From Promethearchaeota archaeon (GTDB lineage Archaea; Asgardarchaeota; Lokiarchaeia; Sigyniarchaeales; SOKP01): a stretch of 49,806 bases of DNA. The notes beneath the pieces were generated by a model. The model did not search any database. It had not been told where the DNA came from and was given only the letters and a program-made list of their open reading frames with translations. Location of the stretch: contig JABXKD010000016.1 in assembly GCA_013375475.1 (NCBI GenBank), forward strand, positions 1-49,806, in the 5' to 3' direction. Shown in pieces: positions 10,146 through 19,833 of this stretch (within the stretch, counting starts at the first letter, position 1; each line of letters begins with the position of its first letter). The position numbers were made by a program, and so were the translations under genes.

Positions 10146-10937
10146 TTGATTTATATGAGAAAACTAAAAAATTTCTTAACTAATTTACAAGTGGTTAAGT
10201 TTTCTGCTATTGCAGCTATAATTATCTGGATTGGTGGAGTAATAACCGCACTTTTGATAGGTCTATTAGATCCTGCTGGACCGTCTTATGATCCCGCGGG
10301 ATATAATCCAGTCATTAATTACATAAGTGACCTAGGAAACCAAGATCTTACACCGATGCCAATTATCATTAATTGGGCAATGATGAATACTGGTCTATTA
10401 TTAATTCCTGTATCTTTACATATGAGAAAAATTCTTATTGGAGATGAATCAAAAGTATTGCGGAAAGTACTAGCAAATGCGTCAGTAGTTTGTATGATAA
10501 TAGCAATGGTAGGATTATTTTTCACAGGCGTAATTTCTGAAGATGTCGGAGAAGTATGGGATAACATTTTTCCAATTGGGTATCCTTGGCATGACCTTGT
10601 AGCTGATTTCGCTTTTACTTCTTTATTGATTGCTGGAGTTCTTATATCTACACAATGTATACTTTATCGCGATATTCTTGAGGAAAAAATCGGAATATCA
10701 AATCCAAAAAGAGTACGTATTATTTATGTAATTAATTCTTGGATCTTAACTCCGATATTTTTTTACATGTTTTATACAGTGCCTTACTTATGGTATACAG
10801 ATCATTTTTGGACATTTCTGCCTTGGTGGCAATGGGCACCATTATGGGAATGGCTATTGATGATCTCACTTAGTTTTTGGTTAATTTCAGCAGGTGTCCT
10901 AACGATAAAACAGATAAATCGAGAATTAGCAAAATAA
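10146..10937 (+). CDS. Membrane protein, DUF998-like
   Basis: Multi-TM with YNPVINYISDLG, H after loop, PLWEW C-terminal motif. Confidence 0.65.
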   Translation: MIYMRKLKNFLTNLQVVKFSAIAAIIIWIGGVITALLIGLLDPAGPSYDPAGYNPVINYISDLGNQDLTPMPIIINWAMMNTGLLLIPVSLHMRKILIGDESKVLRKVLANASVVCMIIAMVGLFFTGVISEDVGEVWDNIFPIGYPWHDLVADFAFTSLLIAGVLISTQCILYRDILEEKIGISNPKRVRIIYVINSWILTPIFFYMFYTVPYLWYTDHFWTFLPWWQWAPLWEWLLMISLSFWLISAGVLTIKQINRELAK

Positions 10938-10939
10938 AT

Positions 10940-11040
10940 TTTTTCAGTATACTCTATTTATACAATAGTTGGAAAAAATTATTTAAAGATTGTTCATTAA
11001 AGAACAAAACAAATACTAATTCAAATAAAAAGAAGGTAAT
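10940..11040 (+). repeat. Copy 2 of ~100-bp duplicated upstream/promoter region
   Basis: Colinear match to 10040-10140. Confidence 0.8.
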
Positions 11041-11045
11041 CTTTT

Positions 11046-11330
11046 ATGAGTGAAGAGAAAAATGAAAATATTTTAGATAAACTGAACACCGCCTTTGTAG
11101 ATTTCGTCGGAGGGGCTTTCGGCGAAAGCGGGAAAGAGTTTATCGAGGACACTTCTGAGAAAATTAAGGAGTTCTCAAGTCAATCCATCAAACAATTTAT
11201 GGAATTTTCTGATACGGTTATTGATAACCTTAAACTATCAGAAAACGAGCAAGTTATGAAAATGCGAGACAGCGTTGAGGATTTACTGAAACAAGCTGGG
11301 CTCTTAGAAGAAGATGAGGACGAATTTTAA
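11046..11330 (+). CDS. Acidic helical hypothetical protein
   Basis: 94-aa ORF with AGAAGGT RBS-like sequence upstream and acidic tail. Confidence 0.7.
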   Translation: MSEEKNENILDKLNTAFVDFVGGAFGESGKEFIEDTSEKIKEFSSQSIKQFMEFSDTVIDNLKLSENEQVMKMRDSVEDLLKQAGLLEEDEDEF

Positions 11331-11425
11331 TCTAATTGTTTACTAATTAATGTATTTTTTACTATTTTTCTATTTATTTTTAGAAATGTATTTATTACAT
11401 ATAGTTTCAAGATTTTAAGATAAAA

Positions 11426-11665
11426 TTATAGAGCTTTCTTGTCCTTTAAGAAAGATTTAATCTCTTCTGTTGTTGCATTAAACAATTCAGATATAACAGT
11501 TAATGAAATTTCCTCGTCCATTCCTAGATTTCTATAATCTTGATAAAGTTTTACCCAAGTTTCTTTTTGTGTGTATCGTTCGGGGTGTTCTGATTGAATG
11601 TGTTCCCAATATGGATGCTTGAGTTTAATACCACAGTATGGACAAAAACGCGTTTCGTCAGACAT
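11426..11665 (-). CDS. Small protein with C2H2-type zinc finger
   Basis: CPYC-x10-H-x4-H followed by helical domain. Confidence 0.7.
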   Translation of the reverse strand: MSDETRFCPYCGIKLKHPYWEHIQSEHPERYTQKETWVKLYQDYRNLGMDEEISLTVISELFNATTEEIKSFLKDKKAL

Positions 11666-11781
11666 GTCTCATCACATTTGAAAAAGATAATAAAAATAAT
11701 CTAGAATAAGTTTAATAAAATACTATTTGTTTAAAAAATTATCAGTTTGCAATTAATAATTTAACCTAAAGAGAACAGTTT

Positions 11782-12294
11782 TCAAGATTCGAGCTTAAAT
11801 CCGTTTCTTAAAATTATTTTTGTTGCGAGTTTAGCTACATTTCCAACGAGCGTAGAACAATGATCCATCATTCCCGCCTTAAAGGCTTCTTTCATTTCGT
11901 CGGCATTCCACATATTAAATGTTCTACCCATCGATTTTTCTTGAACATCGTAACAGCGGCAAGAGCCATATTGTTTAACGTATTTATCATGCAATTTTTT
12001 TACGAGGGTATAAGATTTCATAGGTTTATACATATCTTTAAAATCTTCGCGGGTTCTTCCGAAGAGATAGCCTATTACCATAGACGCTCCTACTAGCGCC
12101 CCACAAGATCCATCGCCCGTTAAGCCTAATCCATCTGCTAAACCGCTCCCCGCTTTAAAAACATCTTCGTTTCAAATCCCTAATGCCTCAAAAATCGCTG
12201 CGATTGTAGTTTGAGCACATCCCGTGCATTCTTTTTCGTATTTTTTCCCTAATGTAAACGCTTCTTCTATAATTTCTTCATTAGTTTTACTCAT
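11782..12294 (-). pseudogene. C_GCAxxG_C_C family putative redox protein interrupted by in-frame TGA (codon 41)
   Basis: Hand translation from ATG 12294: ...CTGCAQTT...ALGI*NEDVFK...GSCGALVG, continuing in frame into ORF 11782-12081; TGA at 12172-12174. Confidence 0.75.
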
Positions 12295-12418
12295 AATTTT
12301 CAATTCCCCTAACAATTATATCGTATTAATTATGATTATAATAAAAAATTAAAGAATAATAATTAAATTAATTACATAATTCTCACTCTTAATTTAAAAC
12401 TAGTTCCTATTCGGTTTC

Positions 12419-13225
12419 ATGGCAACTTTCCCCTATAGATATTTTCACGCTAAATTTGATATACTTTTAGATAGGATACCTCCAATAGGTAAAATTTTGT
12501 CATTTATTTTTGGGGTTTTTGAATATTTCATAGTCGAAATTCTTCGGTTTTTTGACACTAAGTCGAACATTAACTCTTATAGTATAGCGAATCGGTACAT
12601 TTTTAAGAGTAGATGGGGCGGGAAAGTAATTCCATTGAATACAAACTTAGATATTGAAACCAAATTCCTTCCATCCCAAGAGATTCTAGCTCTTCTAAGT
12701 AGATCAAAGGTTACTGGTATCTCTAATTGTTATTGCAGAGAAACGCAGAGAAGATATTCAGACACTCCAAATTGCGATCACCCTATCAAAACGTGTATTC
12801 ATATCGGTTTTGGAAAATCACTACGCGAAATCCCTTATAAATCCGAAAATTTAGTCAAAGTTTCAAAAAGTGAAATAAAAAAGCTTTTGGAAGAAAGCGA
12901 CAGGCGAGGATTAGTCCACCAGATAATTTATTTTCCGAATCCGTTATTTTATTATGTAGTATGTAATTGCTGCCCATGCTGCTGTCTTGTTATGAATAAA
13001 TTCTTAAAGAGCGGTTCTCCGCAGATGATTAAAAGCGATTTCATCGCGTATACGGATTTAACAAAATGTAATGACTGTGGAATTTGCGTGCAACGATGTA
13101 ACTTTGGAGCAAGGAAAATCCTTAATAATAAATTAAAATTTTTTAAAGATTATTGTTTTGGTTGCGGATTGTGCGTCTCAGAATGTCCTGAAGAAGCTAT
13201 TACTTTAAAAAAACCTCTCAGATAA
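12419..13225 (+). CDS. 4Fe-4S dicluster ferredoxin-domain protein
   Basis: CYCR, CNCCPCCC, CNDCGICVQRC and CFGCGLCVSECP motifs. Confidence 0.88.
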   Translation: MATFPYRYFHAKFDILLDRIPPIGKILSFIFGVFEYFIVEILRFFDTKSNINSYSIANRYIFKSRWGGKVIPLNTNLDIETKFLPSQEILALLSRSKVTGISNCYCRETQRRYSDTPNCDHPIKTCIHIGFGKSLREIPYKSENLVKVSKSEIKKLLEESDRRGLVHQIIYFPNPLFYYVVCNCCPCCCLVMNKFLKSGSPQMIKSDFIAYTDLTKCNDCGICVQRCNFGARKILNNKLKFFKDYCFGCGLCVSECPEEAITLKKPLR

Positions 13226-13355
13226 TTTAGCTTAAATCTTATAATTCCTTGCTAAATAATTATTTTTTTTTTTGTGTAATAATAAATATGAAAATTTTTA
13301 TAAGGATTATAGGGTTAATATTGAACTCTTTCTAATAATTAGTAAACTAGAAAAA

Positions 13356-13793
13356 ATGAAAGAACTATACGAGATTGGTATCGTTTTTCGCGGGTTTATT
13401 TTAGTCAGTTACGAGTTTAAGAAGATAGAGAAAGAAGAGAACATTTCGAAAGCAAACAAAGATTTAAGAGGAAGCTTTATTTCAGCGATTAATATGTTTG
13501 CAAAGAATGCCTTTAATAACTTGTGTTTAGAATATTTAGAATCGGGCAATGTATTATTCGTTTTCAGAGCGTATGAGATTCAAGTTGCTGATAGTGACGA
13601 TAAAGAACCAATCATTTTATACGGATTGTTAGATAAAAGGAAGAAAGACACCGATAAGATTGTCAAAAAGTTTCTTCAAAAAATCGACCCTATTTTAAAT
13701 CTTTTTATTTCTAGATATTCTAATAAAGATTTTTCTGAAATTACTCAATTTGAACCTTTTCAAAACGATATAAAAGAGTTTATTCTTGCCTAA
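13356..13793 (+). CDS. Small alpha/beta protein, longin-like
   Basis: beta-beta-helix(DLRGSFISAINMFAKN)-beta3-helix pattern ending F..F...I; likely ATG 13356. Confidence 0.55.
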   Translation: MKELYEIGIVFRGFILVSYEFKKIEKEENISKANKDLRGSFISAINMFAKNAFNNLCLEYLESGNVLFVFRAYEIQVADSDDKEPIILYGLLDKRKKDTDKIVKKFLQKIDPILNLFISRYSNKDFSEITQFEPFQNDIKEFILA

Positions 13794-13800
13794 AATAAAA

Positions 13801-15510
13801 TTAGTAAGTCCCTAAACTCCATCCCTTTGGTTCTGAGCGAGAATAAAGGAGTACACCTTCCATTCGTAACTTGTCTATTTGTGCTTCTACCATGTCTTTA
13901 TCGTATCCGAGTATGACTAAATCATCAACTAGTTTAGTTTTTGTTGGGACTAGTTTAAATTTTTCTAAATGAGTAATGATTATGGTTTTAATGTTACCTT
14001 CTGCCGCTGTACCTGCTATTGATTTTGGTTCTTCAATTTTTCCCTTTCCTTTGTTAGGTTCTGATTTTAAAGCATCAATTAACATTCCCCCTCTTTGTTT
14101 GGGCATTTCTTGTTCTATGACGACGGGCTTAATTTTCTTCCCTTTTTTCTCAGGAGCTTTAGCGGGCGCTCCAGTGGTACCCCCTTCACCAATTTGATCT
14201 TCGGGTAATGTCCAAACCGAGTAAGTAACTTTTTCGTAAGAATCAGCTTTTTCTGAGATCATTCGCTGGAATTCTTCGACAACGCTATCGGTAAGATATC
14301 CTCTTTTCTCTAATTCTGCTCCAATTCCCTCAATAATTCTATTATCTATTAAATATTTGAAAATATATTCTCTAATGTTTGTGGGTACTGTTTCAAATAC
14401 GATAGGTTTAGTTATTGCTTCCTCTGCTCCTGTTGGTTGAGTTTTTGGAACAATTATATTATGAGGAATGTCTAAAGGAGGAGTTTCACCACAATCAAGG
14501 TCGCTTATGCACCTAATACTACGGTCATATCCTCCAAATAATATATTTGTTGTGCCATCCTCGGGATTAACGATTGAGGATACAATTTTTATTGAATTTG
14601 AGGCAGATGTCTTCCATTTCAATTCAATATCAAACGAATCTAATTTAGGATTATGATATATATTAAGCGTCCCATCAGCACACCCCACTATAATTTCCTT
14701 AGCATTATCACCATCAATATCAATGATTTTTAGGGAGACTGGGCGACTTTGTTCGATTTTTATTGCTTTTAGTTCTTCGCCACTGCTATCTAGTATTTTT
14801 ACAAAGGAATCATCAGTTCCAACCACTATCTCGTGATATCCGTCGTTAGAAACATCGTTTACTTCAATAATATTAATTTGAGCCCCTAAATCTTTTTGCC
14901 AAACAATATCAGGTTTATTTTCCTTAAATTCAATTAATTGAAGCAAACCATTTTTAGTACCTGCTAATAAACCATAAATTGGCGTATCGACATCAGGTAA
15001 TTTTAAATATCCTAGGGTACACGCTGTCACCCATGAATCGTAATAGAATGTGAATTTTGGTTCAGTAGAATCAATATTTTCAAAAATCTTAAGAGTTTTA
15101 TCCTCACTCCCATAAATTAGCTCAATATTTTCGTCTCTAGTAAAATCTCCAGCAATGACAGATAGAACTTTGCCTTTGGATTTATAATTCATAATACCGG
15201 CTAATTTATCTATTCCTTTTACTAATTTCACAACTAAGAAATTGCCATCTCCAGCACCTACGAGTATTTCTTCGCACCCATCATTTGTTATATCCACGGA
15301 ATGCGTAGTTCTTACCCATCCATCAAAAGTAATACTATCAAGGATGTTCAAATCTTCGTCCATCAGATATAATGTCTTATCATGGCCTCCAAATACTATA
15401 TAAGATTTATCTCCACATTTTAAAGTTGAACAAGTTAAAACAGCATCAGGACATTCGAACATCCAATTCAAATGGAAGCTTTCTTTGGGTGTTGGCATGA
15501 AATTTATCAC
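13801..15510 (-). CDS. FG-GAP/VCBS-type beta-propeller (BBS2-like) with C-terminal winged-helix-like domain
   Basis: Repeated D.x.DG..E.(I/V)VG..D motifs (DITNDGCEEILVG, DFTRDENIELIYGSED, DVSNDGYHEIVVG, DIDGDNAKEIIVG); low-complexity linker; C-terminal helix-helix-beta hairpin ending KGWSL. Confidence 0.7.
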   Translation of the reverse strand: MINFMPTPKESFHLNWMFECPDAVLTCSTLKCGDKSYIVFGGHDKTLYLMDEDLNILDSITFDGWVRTTHSVDITNDGCEEILVGAGDGNFLVVKLVKGIDKLAGIMNYKSKGKVLSVIAGDFTRDENIELIYGSEDKTLKIFENIDSTEPKFTFYYDSWVTACTLGYLKLPDVDTPIYGLLAGTKNGLLQLIEFKENKPDIVWQKDLGAQINIIEVNDVSNDGYHEIVVGTDDSFVKILDSSGEELKAIKIEQSRPVSLKIIDIDGDNAKEIIVGCADGTLNIYHNPKLDSFDIELKWKTSASNSIKIVSSIVNPEDGTTNILFGGYDRSIRCISDLDCGETPPLDIPHNIIVPKTQPTGAEEAITKPIVFETVPTNIREYIFKYLIDNRIIEGIGAELEKRGYLTDSVVEEFQRMISEKADSYEKVTYSVWTLPEDQIGEGGTTGAPAKAPEKKGKKIKPVVIEQEMPKQRGGMLIDALKSEPNKGKGKIEEPKSIAGTAAEGNIKTIIITHLEKFKLVPTKTKLVDDLVILGYDKDMVEAQIDKLRMEGVLLYSRSEPKGWSLGTY

Positions 15511-15651
15511 AACTTATTAGATCTTATAAATTTTATTTAAAAAAATCCACATATCTGTTCTATTAATCTTAAATATAGAAGTTCTTTCAAGCTTATTAAA
15601 TGAATATGAAAATTTAAAATAATATAAAAAAAATAATTGTTGATTAAAGAT

Positions 15652-17829
15652 TTATAAACCAAGTTGTGCGTCGCTTGGACTGTAAGCGCCTGTACCACTA
15701 ATTTTATAGCTGATTTCGATTTTTTCTTCGGCCATTAGCTTATCAATTGTCCATTTAAGCGTATCTTGTCCTACTTCGTCTGTGATCTCGGGTTTCATTG
15801 AGTAATCAGAATATTCGAAACTATCTGGAACTTTGTCCATCAAAATCAACTTCTGGAGAGGTGCTGTACCAATATTTTCTACAGTTAATATGATTTCGTA
15901 ATTCCCTAAAGCACCAATTGGAAGGACTTCCTTTCCAATTCTGAATCTTCTTCTTAAGTGTAATGCTTCTATAACAGGTACTTCTGGTTTAAATTCTAAC
16001 TCCTGTGAAACCGGGAAAGTATTTGTGAAATAGACGATCTCAGATTCAAATTTAGAATCTTGAGCAGGATTAACACAGTGAATTGGGTACTGAAATACTA
16101 AAGAGGAATCTGGTATAAGCAATCCATTACTTGAGTTTCTAAGGTCCTTAAGTGAGATTTTAAATACGCTTCCATCGAAATTAACTGCTCCTGAATTGAG
16201 ATCGACTTCCTTTCCATCCCACATTAGTTTTACTTCATCTGATTTGGGTGGTTGATATTCATTAGTGAAATACTGTTGAACAACTGTTACTTCGTTCAAA
16301 GGTGCAGAACCATTGTTTACCATTTTCAAGGTTGCAATTACATCTTTTTCTTTGTAGGTAGGAACTTGATCGATATCGTATTCCATGTCTCCAGTTATGC
16401 TAGCAATTTCTAATATAACATCTGCAATTGTAGCCGTTCCATATACTGAAGTTTGGAAATCAGGCATAACTCGAAATTCAAGTTTCTTTCTAAAAGCAGG
16501 ATATTCATCAGATTCAAACTTCCATTTTCTAGAATGCCATTGAGCACCAGCGGGTAGTAATGGAACATCTTTAGGATCAATGTCAACATATTTGACAGAT
16601 TCATTTTCGGCGGAATACACATCTGCGTTAAATAATTGAATTATAAATTCAGATGGATTTTCAAAAACGAGTTTACAGTCCCACACCCCGGGTTCTTCGT
16701 CTCTCTCTACTGTATCGACATAGAATTTGTTTCTGGTATAAGCATCGTATTTATCGATATCTAATCCTTCAGCAAAGGATGATGCTGCTTCGTAGGTTAC
16801 ATCTATTGTACCTGTTTTTCTCTTTGTGATGTCAGTTACCATGATGTTGCAAGTAAATTTTAATATAACAGTTTGTTCTGGATTCAATTTTTCTACATTC
16901 CACACAACCTTTTTACCTTCAACATCTGCCCGTCCAATTGAAGAATCTCTTATAACCGGATTGCTAAAATCATCGGGAATAGTCTTCACAATTTTAACAT
17001 TCTTGATTGGTTTTGCGAATAGACTTCTCATAGCGATTGCAAATGTTACTGTATTCTCTTTATCAATAGAGATCCCAAAAGATTGTAACGAGAAGTCATC
17101 AGAGGCAGTTCCTCCATCTTCAAAGGAATCTTCTTCCTCCTCTTCTTCTTCTTCCTCCTCTTCTTCTTCTTCCTCCTCCTCCTCTTCTTCAATAGGCGCT
17201 ACCCTTTCTTTTACTTTAACTCCAGCTTTACTAGTTTTTAGTTTAGCCTGTAATAGATTAGTTTCAATGTCTCTAACATTTAAAACACTATCCGCGTTAG
17301 GAAGTGTATTAACGTATTCTTGGATTAAAAGGAGATTTTTAATTTCTTCTTTAATGATGAATTCTTCTGTATAAGTATTGTTATTTTTTTTAGTTCCAAG
17401 CTCCCTTATCTTAATGTCTTTCGATTTTAGATTAGTGGTCTCAATATTTTTGAGCGATAAATCGATGTCCCATAACCGATCCTTTGTAGATTGGTTTTCA
17501 ACATTTAATTTTCCTTTAAAATTAATGGAGTTTATATTAGAATCGTGATCTAATTCAACATCAACATTTTCAACGATCTTTACTAAACCAGTTAAACCAT
17601 CTCGATTTCCATCTTTAAGTAATATCGAACCTTCTAATTCACCTGTGCTTGCGTCGTAAGTTTCAATGACAGGAGTAGAAATATCTCGATCAACTAATGT
17701 CACTTTACCATCGTCTAAGTCAGACCTTTTCAGACCCTCAGCCATTTTTTCTTCAGCTACTTCTTCAGCTGCAAAACCATATCTTGGTTTGGGTTCTTCT
17801 CGTGGCCTTTTATCTTTTTTACGTGCCAT
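15652..17829 (-). CDS. Large cytoplasmic beta-sandwich protein, mu-homology/DUF11-like domains, poly-Glu loop
   Basis: VKIVENVDVELD..S.I.SINFKGKL and NVKIVKTIP..SIGRA....KVVWNVEKL segments resemble the adaptin mu-homology domain; C-terminal DKVP..F.Y..TLKW...L..E..ISY Ig-like; no signal peptide. Confidence 0.55.
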   Translation of the reverse strand: MARKKDKRPREEPKPRYGFAAEEVAEEKMAEGLKRSDLDDGKVTLVDRDISTPVIETYDASTGELEGSILLKDGNRDGLTGLVKIVENVDVELDHDSNINSINFKGKLNVENQSTKDRLWDIDLSLKNIETTNLKSKDIKIRELGTKKNNNTYTEEFIIKEEIKNLLLIQEYVNTLPNADSVLNVRDIETNLLQAKLKTSKAGVKVKERVAPIEEEEEEEEEEEEEEEEEEEEDSFEDGGTASDDFSLQSFGISIDKENTVTFAIAMRSLFAKPIKNVKIVKTIPDDFSNPVIRDSSIGRADVEGKKVVWNVEKLNPEQTVILKFTCNIMVTDITKRKTGTIDVTYEAASSFAEGLDIDKYDAYTRNKFYVDTVERDEEPGVWDCKLVFENPSEFIIQLFNADVYSAENESVKYVDIDPKDVPLLPAGAQWHSRKWKFESDEYPAFRKKLEFRVMPDFQTSVYGTATIADVILEIASITGDMEYDIDQVPTYKEKDVIATLKMVNNGSAPLNEVTVVQQYFTNEYQPPKSDEVKLMWDGKEVDLNSGAVNFDGSVFKISLKDLRNSSNGLLIPDSSLVFQYPIHCVNPAQDSKFESEIVYFTNTFPVSQELEFKPEVPVIEALHLRRRFRIGKEVLPIGALGNYEIILTVENIGTAPLQKLILMDKVPDSFEYSDYSMKPEITDEVGQDTLKWTIDKLMAEEKIEISYKISGTGAYSPSDAQLGL
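17131..17190 (-). repeat. GAA/GAG trinucleotide tract encoding 20 consecutive Glu
   Basis: ttc/ctc run read directly. Confidence 0.9.
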
Positions 17830-17979
17830 GTTAAATTACCATATTTTTTACATTTTCATAATATCCATTTATATTTATGGATTAATAATAGATATACTCT
17901 TGATAGTTAAAAAAGATTTTTTAACTAAAAATTAAAACTACTAGAACGATAAGGTTTTAACTTTTTTGTCGGTAGTAGA

Positions 17980-18138
17980 TCATACTAAGAACTCATCCAA
18001 TTTATTAGGAGGAAAATCTGGATCTCTAAATTGATAATTACACATTGGACAGATGAGTTTCTTCTTTTTTGGACCTAAAACTTCGTTTCTAAATGTGTAT
18101 CCACACGCGGGGCAAGTAATCAAAAGGTTAGAACTCAT
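17980..18138 (-). CDS. 52-aa zinc-ribbon protein (not in ORF track)
   Basis: Hand translation MSSNLLITCPACGYTFRNEVLGPKKKKLICPMCNYQFRDPDFPPNKLDEFLV*; two CPxC motifs. Confidence 0.75.
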   Translation of the reverse strand: MSSNLLITCPACGYTFRNEVLGPKKKKLICPMCNYQFRDPDFPPNKLDEFLV

Positions 18139-18197
18139 ATTTATCAATATTCTATATTCATTTTCATTTAAATTTTTATTTTGTTGTAAAATTGCAT

Positions 18198-19625
18198 CTA
18201 GTCGTTAATATCTATTAGGATAAGAAGCAAATCATTTACATTTATCCCCGTAGCGCCAGTTATAATATCACAGTTTAGCATCTTAAAAAAGCTATTTGAA
18301 TCATTGTTGGTTAAATAAGTGTTAAATTCAATTTTATTTTCAACTGATTGAGAGAGGAGAGCATTATCTACTAAAGCACCCATAGCTTCACTATTACCCT
18401 CTATACCATCGAGATTTGCTCCAATAATTAGAAAATTGTAATCGATATTCTTATCTTTTATTTCATTAAGGAAAGTTAATAACATTTCTTGGTTTCTCCC
18501 TCCAATTCCTTTCCCTTTTATTGTTACCGTTAATTCTCCGGTCCCCAATAAGGCAAATTTCCGTTTATTGGATTTTTTAACAAAATTTTGCAACTTGTAA
18601 ACGATGAAATTATATAAATCCTTTCCGAAAATTGCAGCTTCACCTACAATTTCATTTGAAAAGTAGTCAACTTCGAAATTTAAATCTTCTAAATATTTTG
18701 TTATTTCATTGACGCTTGATTCAACGCTTCCGATTAAATAATTGTGAACATTTTTAAAGAAAGCAGATTGATTTAAGGGATTACTTAACGAAAGATCGTT
18801 CATTCCTGTTTCAATGAGCTGTTTTACCGGAACCGGAACTTTACTTAATAAATCATATTTCTTTAAGATGTGATAGGAGTCTTTAAAAGTTGTAGTATCA
18901 GGAACGGTAGGACCAGAAGCAATGAATTCCATATTATTTCCGACTACATCTGATATGATCAATGTAATAACTGTAGCTCTACTACTTTCATATATTTTTT
19001 TAGCAAGATTTCCTCCTTTAAAGTCAGATAAATGTTTACGGATAGTATTGATTTCGTGAATTGACGCTCCGGATCCTAGTAAAAGTGAATTAGTTTCTTG
19101 TAAATCTGCTAGGGTTATATCTTGTTTAGGCATAGGTAATAGAGCAGAACCGCCGCCGGATAATAAAAAGATAATTAAATCATCTTTGGTCGTATTATCA
19201 ATATAACTAAACATAAGTTTTGTGCCATTTACTCCATTTTTATCTGGTATCGGATGAGAAGCTGAATTCGTTCTTATTTTACTTGAAGCAGAACTGGTAT
19301 CAATATTTAAACTATTTGGGATATTAATCAATCCTTTATAGTTAATCTTAGAGTATTCTTTTAGAAGTTCTTCGATTGCTAGAGCCATTTGGGCAGAAGC
19401 TTTCCCACCCCCAATAACTAAAACTTCTCTAAAAGTGCTAAGATCAAATTCTTCGTTGCGAATTATGAGCATATCATTGAGAATTTTAACGGCTCTTTTT
19501 ATCAATTTTCCAGCTTGAACTGAATTAAGAGCTACCTCTAGAGCATTCAATCCAACTTTTCTTAGCGTTAAAGAATCTTCCTTAATTTCGTTAGGAGTTA
19601 ATTGTGAGAAATTTTTTATATACAA
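18198..19625 (-). CDS. Glycerate 2-kinase (DUF4147/MOFRL family)
   Basis: GGGKAS, SGGGSAL, RKHLS..KGG, SDVVG, ASGPT, GGRNQE, TG.NVND. Confidence 0.9.
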   Translation of the reverse strand: MYIKNFSQLTPNEIKEDSLTLRKVGLNALEVALNSVQAGKLIKRAVKILNDMLIIRNEEFDLSTFREVLVIGGGKASAQMALAIEELLKEYSKINYKGLINIPNSLNIDTSSASSKIRTNSASHPIPDKNGVNGTKLMFSYIDNTTKDDLIIFLLSGGGSALLPMPKQDITLADLQETNSLLLGSGASIHEINTIRKHLSDFKGGNLAKKIYESSRATVITLIISDVVGNNMEFIASGPTVPDTTTFKDSYHILKKYDLLSKVPVPVKQLIETGMNDLSLSNPLNQSAFFKNVHNYLIGSVESSVNEITKYLEDLNFEVDYFSNEIVGEAAIFGKDLYNFIVYKLQNFVKKSNKRKFALLGTGELTVTIKGKGIGGRNQEMLLTFLNEIKDKNIDYNFLIIGANLDGIEGNSEAMGALVDNALLSQSVENKIEFNTYLTNNDSNSFFKMLNCDIITGATGINVNDLLLILIDIND

Positions 19626-19833
19626 ATTTAAACACGAATAAATTGAAGGTATATTTTCTATAATGTTTTCTTCTATGTAATAAATTAAAATTAATATTGT
19701 ATGTAGAATCTATCTCATTTATATAAGTATTTAATCATAATTAAGGAAGTCATTTGGAAGATGTCAGATGGCGATTCATAAAAAGTCAAGACCTATAGGA
19801 TTAAATGATTAATTTTCCAATTCTTTATCGATA

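Noticed and set aside
12172-12174. Genome-wide UGA=Trp reassignment
   Set aside because: Other genes use TGG for Trp, and TGA terminates genes at 11782, 17980 and 34502
16826-17374. 182-aa poly-Ser ORF on + strand
   Set aside because: Antisense shadow of the poly-Glu tract in the real minus-strand gene
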